A stretch of 61,766 bases of DNA, filler included. It is 3 parts of 3 records of this genome, joined end to end, with 100 filler letters (N's around TTAATTAATTAA, not from the genome) between each part and the next. Parts side by side here need not be neighbours in the genome. Positions count along the whole stretch, not along the records: positions 1 to 20,994 come from DRR723986_3989; 2 more parts are not named here. The stretch is one strand, 5' to 3'. Positions 9,085 through 19,006 of the stretch are shown here, piece after piece. A program made the position numbers and the translations under genes. The notes under the pieces were generated by a model. The model had not been told where the DNA came from and made no database searches. It saw nothing but the letters and a program-made list of their open reading frames with translations. Position 1 is the first letter of the stretch, and every line of letters starts with the position of its first letter.

Positions 9085-10805
9085 CGCTGAAAGAAGATCA
9101 ATCCCCGCGCTGGTACAAAAGCCTGCGGTTTCGGATGGCAGTGATGATGTCATTGGCAATCCTGCCAATTGGCATGATCGCAGTCAGCCAGACCCGCAGC
9201 GTGACAGAACAAGCGCAGCAAAACTCGGAACTGGCACTGTTGGGTTTGACAGAACAGGCAGCGGCAGAAGAGCGTATCGTCATCCAGCGGGCATTCGGTC
9301 TCGCCTCTGGTGTCGGCGCGTTTCTGCCGCAAATGCTGGAAAATCCGGCAGCCTGTTCCAAACGACTGGCAAAGGTTCTGGAAAATGCGGGGATCTTCAG
9401 TTTCATTGGCTACGTCCCGGTTTCTGGGCGAATGAACTGTTCTTCAACCGGGGTTGAGCTGGATTATTCCACGACCCCCGGTTTTGCCGAAGCCGTCGAG
9501 GCGGAAAAGCCGCGCATCGAGGTCAGTATTGACGGACCCAACGGCGAAGGATCGGTCATCAACATTTCCCAGCCGGTTTTTGATGAGGATGAATTGACCG
9601 GTTTTGTCACAGTCTCGGTTCCGCATTCGACCCTTGATGCCTTGGGGGATGACAGTGACAAAAAGGCCCTGCTGGATTTGCTGACCTTTAATGGAAACGG
9701 CGAAATTCTCAGCTCCCGCAATGGCGCTGAGGCTGCTGTGGCGAACCTGCCCTTGGGAACCAACCTTGCGGATTTTGCCCGCGCAAGCGCCCAGACATTT
9801 TCGCGCCAAAGCGTCTATGGCGAGGATCGCATCTATGCGGTTGTGCCGATTGAAGCGGGCAAGATCTTTGCATTGGGTGTCTGGGACAAAGACAATGGTG
9901 TCTCCGGCCAGATCAGCAAGATCCTACCGACCAGCCTGTTTCCGGCACTCATGTGGATGATCAGCCTCGCGGTTGCGCTGTTTGCGGTTCACCGGCTGGT
10001 GTCCCGCCATATCCGAAGTGTCGGCGCGCAGATGATGCGCTTTGCCGATAACCGCACATTGCTGACCGACGAGCGCACCCGCGAGATGCCAAGCGAGCTG
10101 CAGAGCATCCAAAATTCGTTTCTTGTTATGGCCCACTCGATCCTGCGTGACGAGGCCGAGCTGGAAGATTCTGTGCGGCAAAAGAATGTGCTGCTCAAAG
10201 AGGTACACCACCGGGTCAAAAACAATCTGCAACTGATTTCGTCCATCCTGAACATGCAGATCCGTGAGGCGCAACATGACGATACAAAACGTATCCTTCG
10301 CCGCATGCAGGACCGCGTTTTAAGTTTGGCCACCATTCACCGCGACCTTTACCAAACCAGCAGCGGTGGCTTGGTCAACGTGGGTGAACTGGTGCGGGAA
10401 ATTATCGAAAGATCGGTGGAGATCGGGACAGACACTGCCAAAAACATCGCCGTTGATGTGCAGGTCGAAGATGTCATGCTTTACCCTGATCAGGCTGTGC
10501 CGATGTCGCTTTTGGCTTCGGAGGCTGCGACCAACGCGATAAAATACGTGGGCGCCTCCGAAAACGGGGACAACCGGATGTCGGTGACTTTCACCCGTGA
10601 TGCGCAAGACAGATGCCGCTTTGTTCTGGTGAACTCTTTGAGCAATGACGCCGCGCCCGAAAGCACGGGCATGGGGTCGAAACTTATCACCGCTTTTGCG
10701 ATTCAATTGGGCGCTGACATCGACGTGCAGCGCGATCACAATCAGTACCAGATGACAGTGAGTTTTGACGCCGCAACCTTTGAATTGGAACCGGGCGATT
10801 TCTAA
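9081..10805 (+). CDS. Membrane sensor histidine kinase, HisKA_2 type (PhyK/RsiC-like)
   Basis: Two TM helices flanking a periplasmic domain with two Cys; H-box LLKEVHHRVKNNLQ; EAATNAIKY; GMGSKLI. Confidence 0.9.
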   Translation: MTLKEDQSPRWYKSLRFRMAVMMSLAILPIGMIAVSQTRSVTEQAQQNSELALLGLTEQAAAEERIVIQRAFGLASGVGAFLPQMLENPAACSKRLAKVLENAGIFSFIGYVPVSGRMNCSSTGVELDYSTTPGFAEAVEAEKPRIEVSIDGPNGEGSVINISQPVFDEDELTGFVTVSVPHSTLDALGDDSDKKALLDLLTFNGNGEILSSRNGAEAAVANLPLGTNLADFARASAQTFSRQSVYGEDRIYAVVPIEAGKIFALGVWDKDNGVSGQISKILPTSLFPALMWMISLAVALFAVHRLVSRHIRSVGAQMMRFADNRTLLTDERTREMPSELQSIQNSFLVMAHSILRDEAELEDSVRQKNVLLKEVHHRVKNNLQLISSILNMQIREAQHDDTKRILRRMQDRVLSLATIHRDLYQTSSGGLVNVGELVREIIERSVEIGTDTAKNIAVDVQVEDVMLYPDQAVPMSLLASEAATNAIKYVGASENGDNRMSVTFTRDAQDRCRFVLVNSLSNDAAPESTGMGSKLITAFAIQLGADIDVQRDHNQYQMTVSFDAATFELEPGDF

Positions 10806-10857
10806 GCCGTCCGGTTTCCTGAAACGCCGCTTCGACATGCAGACCTATGTTGAACCC

Positions 10858-11916
10858 TCAAAGTGTAGTTTGATTGGGGTTTGTGCGGATCAAATTCGGG
10901 ATGCCGTCCGAAATGGGCTGTCCCAACGCGCGTTCTGTGATCGTGATCATCCAGATCAGTAGCGGGATCGCAATCACGCCGCCAATTGGCCCCCAAAGCC
11001 ATAGCCAGAACACCAGCGACACAAACACCAATAGCGTGTTGACCGACATGCGTTTGCCAACCATCGCAGGGGTCACAAATTGCCCCTCAACGGCGTTCAT
11101 TGACAGATAAATCGCTGCGGGCGCAAAGCTGGCCGCGCCGTTGAATACCACCATCCCTGCCACCAAAAGCGTCGCCCCAAGGGCAAGCGGCCCAAGGTAG
11201 AGGATGTAGTTCAGAAAGAACGCGGAGACACCCCAGAACACCGCGCCGGGCATGCCGATCAGTTGCATCACCACGGCAATGGCCACGCCAAAAGATCCGT
11301 TGATTGCCGTGATGGTCAGGAAATATCGTGAGACCTGCCGCTCGGCATGCAAAAAATCGTCCCGGCTCAGCGATGGAACAGAGGCACCGACCCAGCGGTA
11401 AATCTCTGTCCGGGTCAGCAAAAAGAAATACAGGACGCCGACGAACATCATCAATTGGGCAAGGAATTGTGGCGCATAAAACAATGCGTCCGTGATTGAG
11501 GGTACATCTATGCCTTCGGCAGGTGGCTGGGCCTGTTCGCCTTTGGGATCGACGGCCGCAACAACGTCTTCGGCGATTTCATCCAAGCCGAGGATCATCG
11601 CCCTGATCCCCTCAATTGTTGTGCGCAACTCGACCCAAATGACGGGCGCACGCGCGATGGCCTCTGCGACATAGGGTTCCAGCAGCAGGACAAGGCAGAC
11701 GACAGCAATCATCGTGATCGCAACCGTGGCAAACGCGGACAATGACGGGCGAAGGCCGATGCGTTCCCAAAACCGGACAAGCGGTGAAAGGACGATACCC
11801 AGGATGAGTGCAGACAGCACCGGGGCAAAGAAATCCTGGGCGTATTCCAATGTGCCAAAGGCCGTCACCACGCCCATCCCCAAAATGGCGAGGCGTGTCA
11901 TCAGCGTGCTGGTCAT
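10858..11916 (-). CDS. AI-2E family transporter
   Basis: Multi-TM; VSRYFLTITAIN, FFLNYILYLGP, EGQFVTP, FWLWLWGPIGGVIAIPLL. Confidence 0.9.
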   Translation of the reverse strand: MTSTLMTRLAILGMGVVTAFGTLEYAQDFFAPVLSALILGIVLSPLVRFWERIGLRPSLSAFATVAITMIAVVCLVLLLEPYVAEAIARAPVIWVELRTTIEGIRAMILGLDEIAEDVVAAVDPKGEQAQPPAEGIDVPSITDALFYAPQFLAQLMMFVGVLYFFLLTRTEIYRWVGASVPSLSRDDFLHAERQVSRYFLTITAINGSFGVAIAVVMQLIGMPGAVFWGVSAFFLNYILYLGPLALGATLLVAGMVVFNGAASFAPAAIYLSMNAVEGQFVTPAMVGKRMSVNTLLVFVSLVFWLWLWGPIGGVIAIPLLIWMITITERALGQPISDGIPNLIRTNPNQTTL

Positions 11917-12069
11917 ATGTCTGGGCTTTCGTTTTGGCGCCGCGAAATTGGATGTGCGGCGGGAATGCCTGCACCAGCGGCGCATCGGAGCATGCATGGT
12001 TTGAGATCCCAGACCAGCGGTAGACTGGGCAATTCAGAAACGAGGTGCCGGGCCGGGATCTCTGACAAT

Positions 12070-12094
12070 AACGCAGGGCAGCAGGTTCGGTTCC
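12070..12094 (-). promoter_or_regulatory. EcfG-type promoter for AI-2E gene
   Basis: GGAAC-cgaacctgctgccctg(16)-CGTT on minus strand. Confidence 0.75.
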
Positions 12095-12199
12095 GGCTTG
12101 GCCGCATTTTTCTTGGCCGCAGGCCAGAATGTCTGGGCGTTTTCAGTCAAAGCGCTTTTGAAGCTTTGCAGTGGTCAAGCCGGCGCAGCTATGAGGATC

Positions 12200-12817
12200 T
12201 CAGGGCCCCGCAGCAAGCCAAGGAGCAGCTTCTAGATGACTTTGCTCAAACTTACGGATCATCTCTGCTGATTTGAGGGTCTCTGAAATGTGATCCAGCC
12301 CTTCGATCAAGGCCTGCTGGTGTCGGGGGTTGATGTCAAAGGTTATGTTTTCCCCATTTGCCAGTCGGATTTTGTGCTGAGGCAAATCAATGGTCACATC
12401 CGATCGGGCGGCAGTGCTTACAAGATCTACGATATGGTCGACGGTGCCTTCATCCAACGTAATCACCAAAAGCCCGTTCTTTTCGCAGTTGCCATAAAAG
12501 ATCCCCCCAAAGCTGGATCCGATGATCGCCCGTACCCCCCGTTGCATCAGCCCCCACACCGCATGTTCGCGGCTGGACCCGCATCCAAAGTTCGGGCCGG
12601 TCACAAGAATGCTGGCATTATCATAAGGTGGGTGGTTCAGGATGAAATCGCGCCGGACCTGCCCTGCAGGATCAATCCGCAGATCATGAAACACGCCTTG
12701 CGCCAGTCCCGCCCGGTCAATCCGTTTGAGAAATTGCTTGGGCATGATCACATCCGTGTCCAGATTGGCAGACGGCAAAGGCGCTGCGGTGCCAGTTACA
12801 ATGGTAAAAGGGATCAC
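12200..12817 (-). CDS. leuD: Isopropylmalate-dehydratase-like small subunit (paralogue in catabolic operon)
   Basis: NLDTDVIMPKQFLK, NFGCGSSREHAVW, SFGGIFYGN. Confidence 0.9.
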   Translation of the reverse strand: MIPFTIVTGTAAPLPSANLDTDVIMPKQFLKRIDRAGLAQGVFHDLRIDPAGQVRRDFILNHPPYDNASILVTGPNFGCGSSREHAVWGLMQRGVRAIIGSSFGGIFYGNCEKNGLLVITLDEGTVDHIVDLVSTAARSDVTIDLPQHKIRLANGENITFDINPRHQQALIEGLDHISETLKSAEMIRKFEQSHLEAAPWLAAGP

Positions 12818-14241
12818 GGCCTGTCCTCCTGCATGGCTCTTACGTCGGTCAGGTGGCCCGCCACCGCCGCGGCGGCCACCATTGCCGGGCTCATCAAATG
12901 GGTGCGGGAGTGTCGCCCTTGCCGCCCTTCGAAGTTGCGATTGGTCGAAGAGGCACAGCGTTGCTCAGGGCCCAAAACATCATCGTTCATTGCCAGACAC
13001 ATCGAACAGCCCGATCCGCGCCATTCAAACCCTGCCTTTCGAAAGATCTGATCCAACCCCTCATCTTCCGCCTGTCTCCGCACAGCGCGTGATCCGGGCA
13101 CGATGATCGCCTGAACACCCGCTGCAACCTGCCGGCCCCGCAGAATTTCTGCCGCTTGCCGCAAATCCTCGATCCGGGCGTTGGTGCATGATCCAATGAA
13201 GGCCATGTCAATGGGAATGCCTGTCAGCGCGGTGCCCGGGGACAACCCCATATAGGACAATGCCCGTACGGCGGCGTCGCGTGCGGGCGCGGTTGCGGCA
13301 TCAGAAGGATCGGGGATGCGTCCATTGATGGGGCCGGATTGATCGGGGCTGGTGCCCCAGGTCACAGTTGGCGCAATGGCCGTGGCATCCACCCGGATGT
13401 CGCGATCAAAAATGGCGGTGTCATCGCTGTGCAAACCGGCCCAATCGGCAACGGCGCGATCCCACATCGGGCCTGTTGGCGCACGGGGGCGACCGCCTAT
13501 GTAATCCAGGACACGTTGATCTGGGGCCATCAAGGCAACCCGCGCACCACTTTCCACAGCCATGTTGCAGATCGTCATCCGGGCCTCGATGCTCAGATCC
13601 GAAATCGCCTGTCCGCAAAACTCAACCGCATAGCCAACTGCGCCGGACACCCCGACTTTGGCGATGAACGCCATGATCATATCCTTGCTGGTCACGCCAT
13701 GGGGCAAGGCACCGTCAAAACGCACGCGCATGTTCTTGAGCTTGCGATAGACCAGCGTCTGGCTGGCCAAGACATGTTCGATTTCCGAAGTGCCGATGCC
13801 AAACCCCATGGCCCCGAAGGCGCCATAGGTGGTTGTATGGCTGTCACCACAGGCAATCACCATGCCCGGGCGGACAAACCCGTTTTCCGGCACGACAACA
13901 TGTTCGATGCCCTGGCGTGGGTCGAACAGGTCAAAAATCTCGATCCCGTGCCGTTTGCAATTGCGGCCAAGGTTTTCGATTTGCAGCCGCGCATCTTGGT
14001 CTGTGATGTCATCAAGCGCCGCAATCGCGCGGGTCGGATTGACATGATCCACCACAGCCAAATGTGCGCTGGGCCGCCAAACCGGGCGTTTGGCGTCATG
14101 CAGCCCGGCAAAGGCCTGCGGGCTGGTGTATTCGTTCATCACATGAAAATCGATGTAAAGCAGCAGTGTTTCATCATCGATCTGATGCACAGTGTGACGG
14201 GCGCAAAGTTTGTCGTAAAGGGTCAGTCCGGTCGTGGTCAT
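12814..14241 (-). CDS. leuC: Isopropylmalate-dehydratase-like large subunit, aconitase family (paralogue)
   Basis: TLYDKL, CGDSHTTTYGAFG, FIGSCTNARIEDL, GCSMCLAMN, STNRNFEGRQG; variant NEYTSPQAF. Confidence 0.9.
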   Translation of the reverse strand: MTTTGLTLYDKLCARHTVHQIDDETLLLYIDFHVMNEYTSPQAFAGLHDAKRPVWRPSAHLAVVDHVNPTRAIAALDDITDQDARLQIENLGRNCKRHGIEIFDLFDPRQGIEHVVVPENGFVRPGMVIACGDSHTTTYGAFGAMGFGIGTSEIEHVLASQTLVYRKLKNMRVRFDGALPHGVTSKDMIMAFIAKVGVSGAVGYAVEFCGQAISDLSIEARMTICNMAVESGARVALMAPDQRVLDYIGGRPRAPTGPMWDRAVADWAGLHSDDTAIFDRDIRVDATAIAPTVTWGTSPDQSGPINGRIPDPSDAATAPARDAAVRALSYMGLSPGTALTGIPIDMAFIGSCTNARIEDLRQAAEILRGRQVAAGVQAIIVPGSRAVRRQAEDEGLDQIFRKAGFEWRGSGCSMCLAMNDDVLGPEQRCASSTNRNFEGRQGRHSRTHLMSPAMVAAAAVAGHLTDVRAMQEDRP

Positions 14242-15107
14242 GTTCGAACATCCTGTTGGCTGGTGCTGGCTCTCGCAGGCTCCGCGACGCCCGGATTGGG
14301 AAAATCATAAAGCTGTGCAGGATTGCGGCTGAAAATCTGTTCGATCATTTGCGGATCTCCGATCCAGCGCAGCCAATCCTCCAATTCCCGCAGTTCATCC
14401 GGCGGGTTTGACTGGCCGGGGTGTGGGCAATTTGAAGCCCAGACAAGCCGCGTTGGTGCCTGTTCCAGCAAGGCCTCCACACGGCTTTGAATGTCCGGTC
14501 CGACTTGCAAGCCGGGGGCCGAAAGCTTGACCCACCAATTGCCACTGTCAAGCAAACGATCAAAGACCTGTTTGGCAGGCATATCCTGATCAATGGGGCG
14601 CGAAAACCGCCCAAGATGATCAAGGATCACTGGGCATGGCAAGCGCCGCAACAAATCATGCCGGTCTGCCAATTCCATGCCGTCCATGTGCAGTTCGATA
14701 TGCCACCCAAAGGGGGCGATACGTGCAGCGGTGGGCAAAAGGCTTTCCCAGCTCAATGACCCGCCGCGCCACATGAAAAACCGCACCCCGCGCACGCCTT
14801 TGGCGTGAAGGGCGTGCAGGGTCTCTTCACTAACGGTTTCATCAATCGCCACAATGACCCGTGCCTGCCCGCCGAAGGCCGCTGCCGCCTCAAGCTGTAA
14901 TCGGTTATCGAGGCCGTAGGTCGTGGGCTGGACGGCCACCAACCGTTCGGTGCCAAGCTGCGCCATCAAGCTGCGATAATGCGTCACCAGAAAATCGGGC
15001 GGTGTCTGTTTGACCGCGCAAGCGGCAGTCGGGAACCGGCGATCATAAAAATGCATATGCGTGTCGCAGGCCCCGGCGGGCAATTGGATTTGACTGGGCT
15101 GTACCAT
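14238..15107 (-). CDS. Amidohydrolase_2 (COG3618) lactonase/isomerase-like protein
   Basis: GACDTHMH, VQPTTYGLDN, GVRGVRF, LDHLGR, WVKLSAP, LVWASNCPHP. Confidence 0.85.
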   Translation of the reverse strand: MVQPSQIQLPAGACDTHMHFYDRRFPTAACAVKQTPPDFLVTHYRSLMAQLGTERLVAVQPTTYGLDNRLQLEAAAAFGGQARVIVAIDETVSEETLHALHAKGVRGVRFFMWRGGSLSWESLLPTAARIAPFGWHIELHMDGMELADRHDLLRRLPCPVILDHLGRFSRPIDQDMPAKQVFDRLLDSGNWWVKLSAPGLQVGPDIQSRVEALLEQAPTRLVWASNCPHPGQSNPPDELRELEDWLRWIGDPQMIEQIFSRNPAQLYDFPNPGVAEPARASTSQQDVRT

Positions 15108-16945
15108 CAGGATACCCCAGCCCGATTTTGCGCGTTGCGAAAGCTGATCAGCAAAATCGGAATGGCGAGGCCAAGTCCTATCAGATCAAGCGAGGTACTT
15201 GGCCCCAGCAGGCACAGCCCTGCAATGGCCGCACAAAACCGCAACACCCCCGGCAGCGCCCGCAACAGCCAACCGTGCAAGCCCGCCGCCAGCAGCAAGC
15301 CGCCGAACAAGGCCGAGAGTGCGGTCTGGGCAATCTCCGCACCGGTGCCAAGCGTCAGGATCGCGGGCGACAGAGCAAACATGAAGGGCATCACATACGC
15401 GGTGCCAGCCAGTTTGATTGCCGCCAGGCAGCCCCGCCACAGTCCTGCACCCGAGATCGCATTGGCGGCATAAACAGTAATCGCGACCGGCGGCGTCAGT
15501 CCGGACAGAATGGCAAAGTAAAAGGCAAACATATGGGCGGCGGGCACCGGAATGCCCAATTCCGTGAGGGTCGGTACAAACAGGGCCACCTGAACGATGT
15601 AGGCCGGCGCGGTCGGGATGCCCATGCCGACAATGATCCCGGCAACAGAGGCCAGCAACAGTGCGAGATAAAGGTTGTTGTCCGCCATGCGCAGCACGGC
15701 TTGGCTGAAATCGAGGCCGATCCCGGTCACATTGATCACCCCGACGACAATCCCGGCCGTGGCGCAGGCCGTGGCAATCAGGACTGCGTTGCGCGCGCCT
15801 TCGGTCAATGCGCCAATGATATTTGCAACGGTCACATTTGCCCGTGTCGATTTGCGCATCAAGGCCACGGGCACCACGCTGGCAATCCCGACAAGCGCCG
15901 AGAATTGTGCGGAATACCCCAACATCAGCGTGACGATAATCGCAATGAGCGGCAGGCCAAGATGCCCGCTTTGCCGCAATACCGTGAAAAGCTTGGGCGT
16001 TTGATCGGCAGGCAAACCCTCCAGCCCGGTTGCCTTGGCTTCAAAATGCACCGCTGCAAAAACAGTCGCATAATAAAGCAGGGCAGGGATCAATGCATAA
16101 AGGCAGATCTGTGCATAGGACACGCCGATGAACTCGGCCATCAAAAATGCAGATGCCCCCATGACCGGTGGCAGGATTTGCCCGCCGGTTGAGGCAACCG
16201 CTTCGACCGCACCAGCAACATTGGGGCGAAATCCGGCTTTTTTCATCATCGGGATGGTGAACACACCGGTGGTCATCACATTGGCCACCCCGTTGCCGGA
16301 CACTGTGCCGAACAGGGACGACGTGATGATCGCCACCTTCGCGGCACCACCAGAGGATCGGCCAGCCAAGGCCAGGGCCAGATCAATAAAAAACTGGCCA
16401 ATGCCCATGCGTTCGATCAACGCACCAAACAGCACGAACAGCACAATGAATGTGGCCGATACAGCCAGCGGAATGCCAAAAATACCTTCGGTTGTCAGAT
16501 AGGTTTGTTCGATCAATTCGGCAGGGGTGATGGACGAGAATAGCAGCGCATACCCCAAGAACAGGCTCGCCGTGATGGCCAAAGGCAGGCCCATCAGACG
16601 ACGGGCAGCTTCGATCACCAGAAGATTTGCCGCGACACCAAACACCCAATCGGCGGGGCGGATTGGATCAATCAGATAAAACCGGCCGTAGATATAATCA
16701 ATTTCAATGATGGGATAGGCGGCGACACCAATGGACGTCAGCACCAAGAATACATCCCAAAGGCTTGGCCCGGCATCTTTCTTGCCGCGCCAATCCATCA
16801 TCAAGAACGTCACACAAAGGGTCAGGCCCAAATGGGCAGATCGCAGAACGAGCGCATTGGGTGCGCCGAAAAAACCGATCCAAAGATGGTAAAGAGCCAT
16901 GGCCATCGCGATGACCTTGCCAAGTTGCAGCAGGCGCTGTGCCAT
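15107..16945 (-). CDS. TRAP transporter fused 4TM/12TM permease (TAXI type); alternative start 16972
   Basis: EGIFGIPL, GGAAKVA, AGAVEAVASTGGQILPPVMGASAFLMAE, GMGIPTAPAYI, LTPPVA. Confidence 0.92.
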   Translation of the reverse strand: MAQRLLQLGKVIAMAMALYHLWIGFFGAPNALVLRSAHLGLTLCVTFLMMDWRGKKDAGPSLWDVFLVLTSIGVAAYPIIEIDYIYGRFYLIDPIRPADWVFGVAANLLVIEAARRLMGLPLAITASLFLGYALLFSSITPAELIEQTYLTTEGIFGIPLAVSATFIVLFVLFGALIERMGIGQFFIDLALALAGRSSGGAAKVAIITSSLFGTVSGNGVANVMTTGVFTIPMMKKAGFRPNVAGAVEAVASTGGQILPPVMGASAFLMAEFIGVSYAQICLYALIPALLYYATVFAAVHFEAKATGLEGLPADQTPKLFTVLRQSGHLGLPLIAIIVTLMLGYSAQFSALVGIASVVPVALMRKSTRANVTVANIIGALTEGARNAVLIATACATAGIVVGVINVTGIGLDFSQAVLRMADNNLYLALLLASVAGIIVGMGIPTAPAYIVQVALFVPTLTELGIPVPAAHMFAFYFAILSGLTPPVAITVYAANAISGAGLWRGCLAAIKLAGTAYVMPFMFALSPAILTLGTGAEIAQTALSALFGGLLLAAGLHGWLLRALPGVLRFCAAIAGLCLLGPSTSLDLIGLGLAIPILLISFRNAQNRAGVS

Positions 16946-17003
16946 TTCCGGCCCTCTCTTTGTAAATTGCATTCAGGGCGGACCGAAGCCCGCCCAAGGC
17001 GCC

Positions 17004-17951
17004 TTAGTCGGCGCTGACTGTTACACCGTTGTCGGCATAGAATTTTGCCGCAGCCGGGTGAAACGGAACACCCAGATCCTGGCTCATTCGCGCCAGATCA
17101 AGACCCTTGGCCGCGCTGGCCACACCGCCAAGCGCATCCGCATGATCAAGAACGGCCTTCGTCAGCGCGTAAATCAGGTCATCGGGCGCATCGCAGCGGG
17201 TGATGATATGCGCCGACCACGTCAAGGCGGCGGTGTCCTCCGCCACGCCATCATAGGTGCCGCCGGGAATCGCACCCAACTGCAGGCCCGGCATCTGGGC
17301 CTTGAGTGTCTGATAGGTGCTGTCTGCGACCGGCAACAACCGGATATCGCGGGCCGATGCCAAATCCATCACGGCACCTGCCGGTGCGGTGGTTACCAGC
17401 GTAAAGGCATCGGCATTGCCGTCCTTCATCATGGATACCGCATCGTTGTAACCAACCTGATTGAGCCGGCCCAAATCGTCATAGGACAGCCCGTGCACAT
17501 CCAGCACCAGCCGCGCAAATTGTTCCCCCGTGGTTCCTGCCTTTTGGCTGGCGAGGGATTTTCCCCTCATATCGCCAAGGCTTTGAATGTCGCTGTCTTC
17601 AAGCACAACCATCTGGAAATACTGCGGATAAAGAGCTGCAACACTACAGACATCCGATTGCGGGCTACCAAAGGGCTCTGCACCGTTCAGGGCGTCAACC
17701 GTGGTCACGGAATTGGCAAAACCCAACATGGCCTTGCCACCGCCAACCCCCTTGATGTTGGCAATCCCGCCGCCATTTACGATCTCAAGCTCAAGTCCAT
17801 CCATTGACGCTTCAAGATATCCCTTGAGCGCGCCACCGAGTGGATAAAACGAGCCACCCGGCGATCCGGTCATCCAACGATAGCTTTCGGCAAAGCTGGG
17901 CGTGGCAAGCCCTGCGGCAAGCGCCAATGTGGCAAGCAATGTCTTTTTCAT
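17004..17951 (-). CDS. TAXI-family TRAP solute receptor
   Basis: Signal peptide MKKTLLATLALAAG; TGSPGGSFYPLG; VPFHPAAAKFY; GGGAGG RBS. Confidence 0.92.
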   Translation of the reverse strand: MKKTLLATLALAAGLATPSFAESYRWMTGSPGGSFYPLGGALKGYLEASMDGLELEIVNGGGIANIKGVGGGKAMLGFANSVTTVDALNGAEPFGSPQSDVCSVAALYPQYFQMVVLEDSDIQSLGDMRGKSLASQKAGTTGEQFARLVLDVHGLSYDDLGRLNQVGYNDAVSMMKDGNADAFTLVTTAPAGAVMDLASARDIRLLPVADSTYQTLKAQMPGLQLGAIPGGTYDGVAEDTAALTWSAHIITRCDAPDDLIYALTKAVLDHADALGGVASAAKGLDLARMSQDLGVPFHPAAAKFYADNGVTVSAD

Positions 17952-18050
17952 GGTGTTCCTCCCAAAACGCCGTCCCCTCCTCGGGCGGCTCCTCGCCAAA
18001 AGCTGACAGAGCCAGGGATACCCGGCAAATGATGATATTTGAACGCGGAG

Positions 18051-18065
18051 TTCAAAATTGTTGAA
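18051..18065. promoter_or_regulatory. LysR recognition box in divergent intergenic region
   Basis: TTCA-AAATTGT-TGAA dyad containing T-N11-A. Confidence 0.6.
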
Positions 18066-18122
18066 TGGACTATCGCGGGCTTGATCAATTATGGTGAAGG
18101 CAACCACAAGAGGAAGCCCGCG

Positions 18123-19001
18123 ATGGATCTGACTGCGCTTAAGACGCTCCGAACGGTTGCCGAAACATCAAGCGTGACCCGTGCCGCGCATATCCTGTGC
18201 TGTGTGCCCTCAGCGGTGACCGCACGTTTGCGCCAGCTGGAAGATGAGGTGGGTCAGCCGCTGTTCCTGCGGGAACGGCAGGGTATGATCCTGACCCCCA
18301 AGGGCAGGGTTTTGCTGGATTACGCGGAAAAGGCGATGAGCCTTTTTCAAGAAGCCGAACGCGCGGTGCGCAGTGACGACCACCCAGAGGGCACCCTGAA
18401 AATCGGCGCGACAGACACGGCGGCGACTATCTATTTGCCACGGGTGTTTTCGGCCTACCACCAGTCCTTTCCAGAGGTGCAACTTGAGATAACGTCGGGT
18501 GTCACTGAAACCCTGATCGCCGCCGTGCGCGACCATCAGCTTGATTGTGCGATTGTGAATCGGGATGTGACAGATCCGGAGTTCCGCGCAGAGAAAGTGC
18601 GCCGGGAACGGCTCGTGCTGGTGTCATCCCTGACGGTTGAAGAACCGGAAAAGATGGATGAGTTCACTTTTCTGGCCGCGCCCGGCGGTTGCGTCCAACG
18701 GGCGCGCATCGAGGAATGGTGGGGCAAAAGTGGCCGCGCCCCGATCCGTATTATAGAGATGTCAAACATCGAATTGCGGATCAGTTGCGCGGCAGGCGGC
18801 ATGGGGATCACCGTCTTGCCTCTGTCCACCGTTGAAAGGTTGGCGGATCGGGAAACCGTGCGGTTCCACGATATTCCCGAACCGTGGTGCTGGCTCGACA
18901 CCTATCTGATTTCCCGCGCCGATAGCCTGAGTTTCGCGGCGCGGCGGCAGTTCCGAAGCATCGTGCTGAGCCAGATGCGAAGCCTCAAGGCGGTCAGTTA
19001 G
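18123..19001 (+). CDS. LysR-family regulator
   Basis: SVTRAAHILCCVPSAVTARLRQLEDEVGQPLFLR...LTPKG HTH. Confidence 0.93.
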   Translation: MDLTALKTLRTVAETSSVTRAAHILCCVPSAVTARLRQLEDEVGQPLFLRERQGMILTPKGRVLLDYAEKAMSLFQEAERAVRSDDHPEGTLKIGATDTAATIYLPRVFSAYHQSFPEVQLEITSGVTETLIAAVRDHQLDCAIVNRDVTDPEFRAEKVRRERLVLVSSLTVEEPEKMDEFTFLAAPGGCVQRARIEEWWGKSGRAPIRIIEMSNIELRISCAAGGMGITVLPLSTVERLADRETVRFHDIPEPWCWLDTYLISRADSLSFAARRQFRSIVLSQMRSLKAVS

Positions 19002-19006
19002 TCCGC

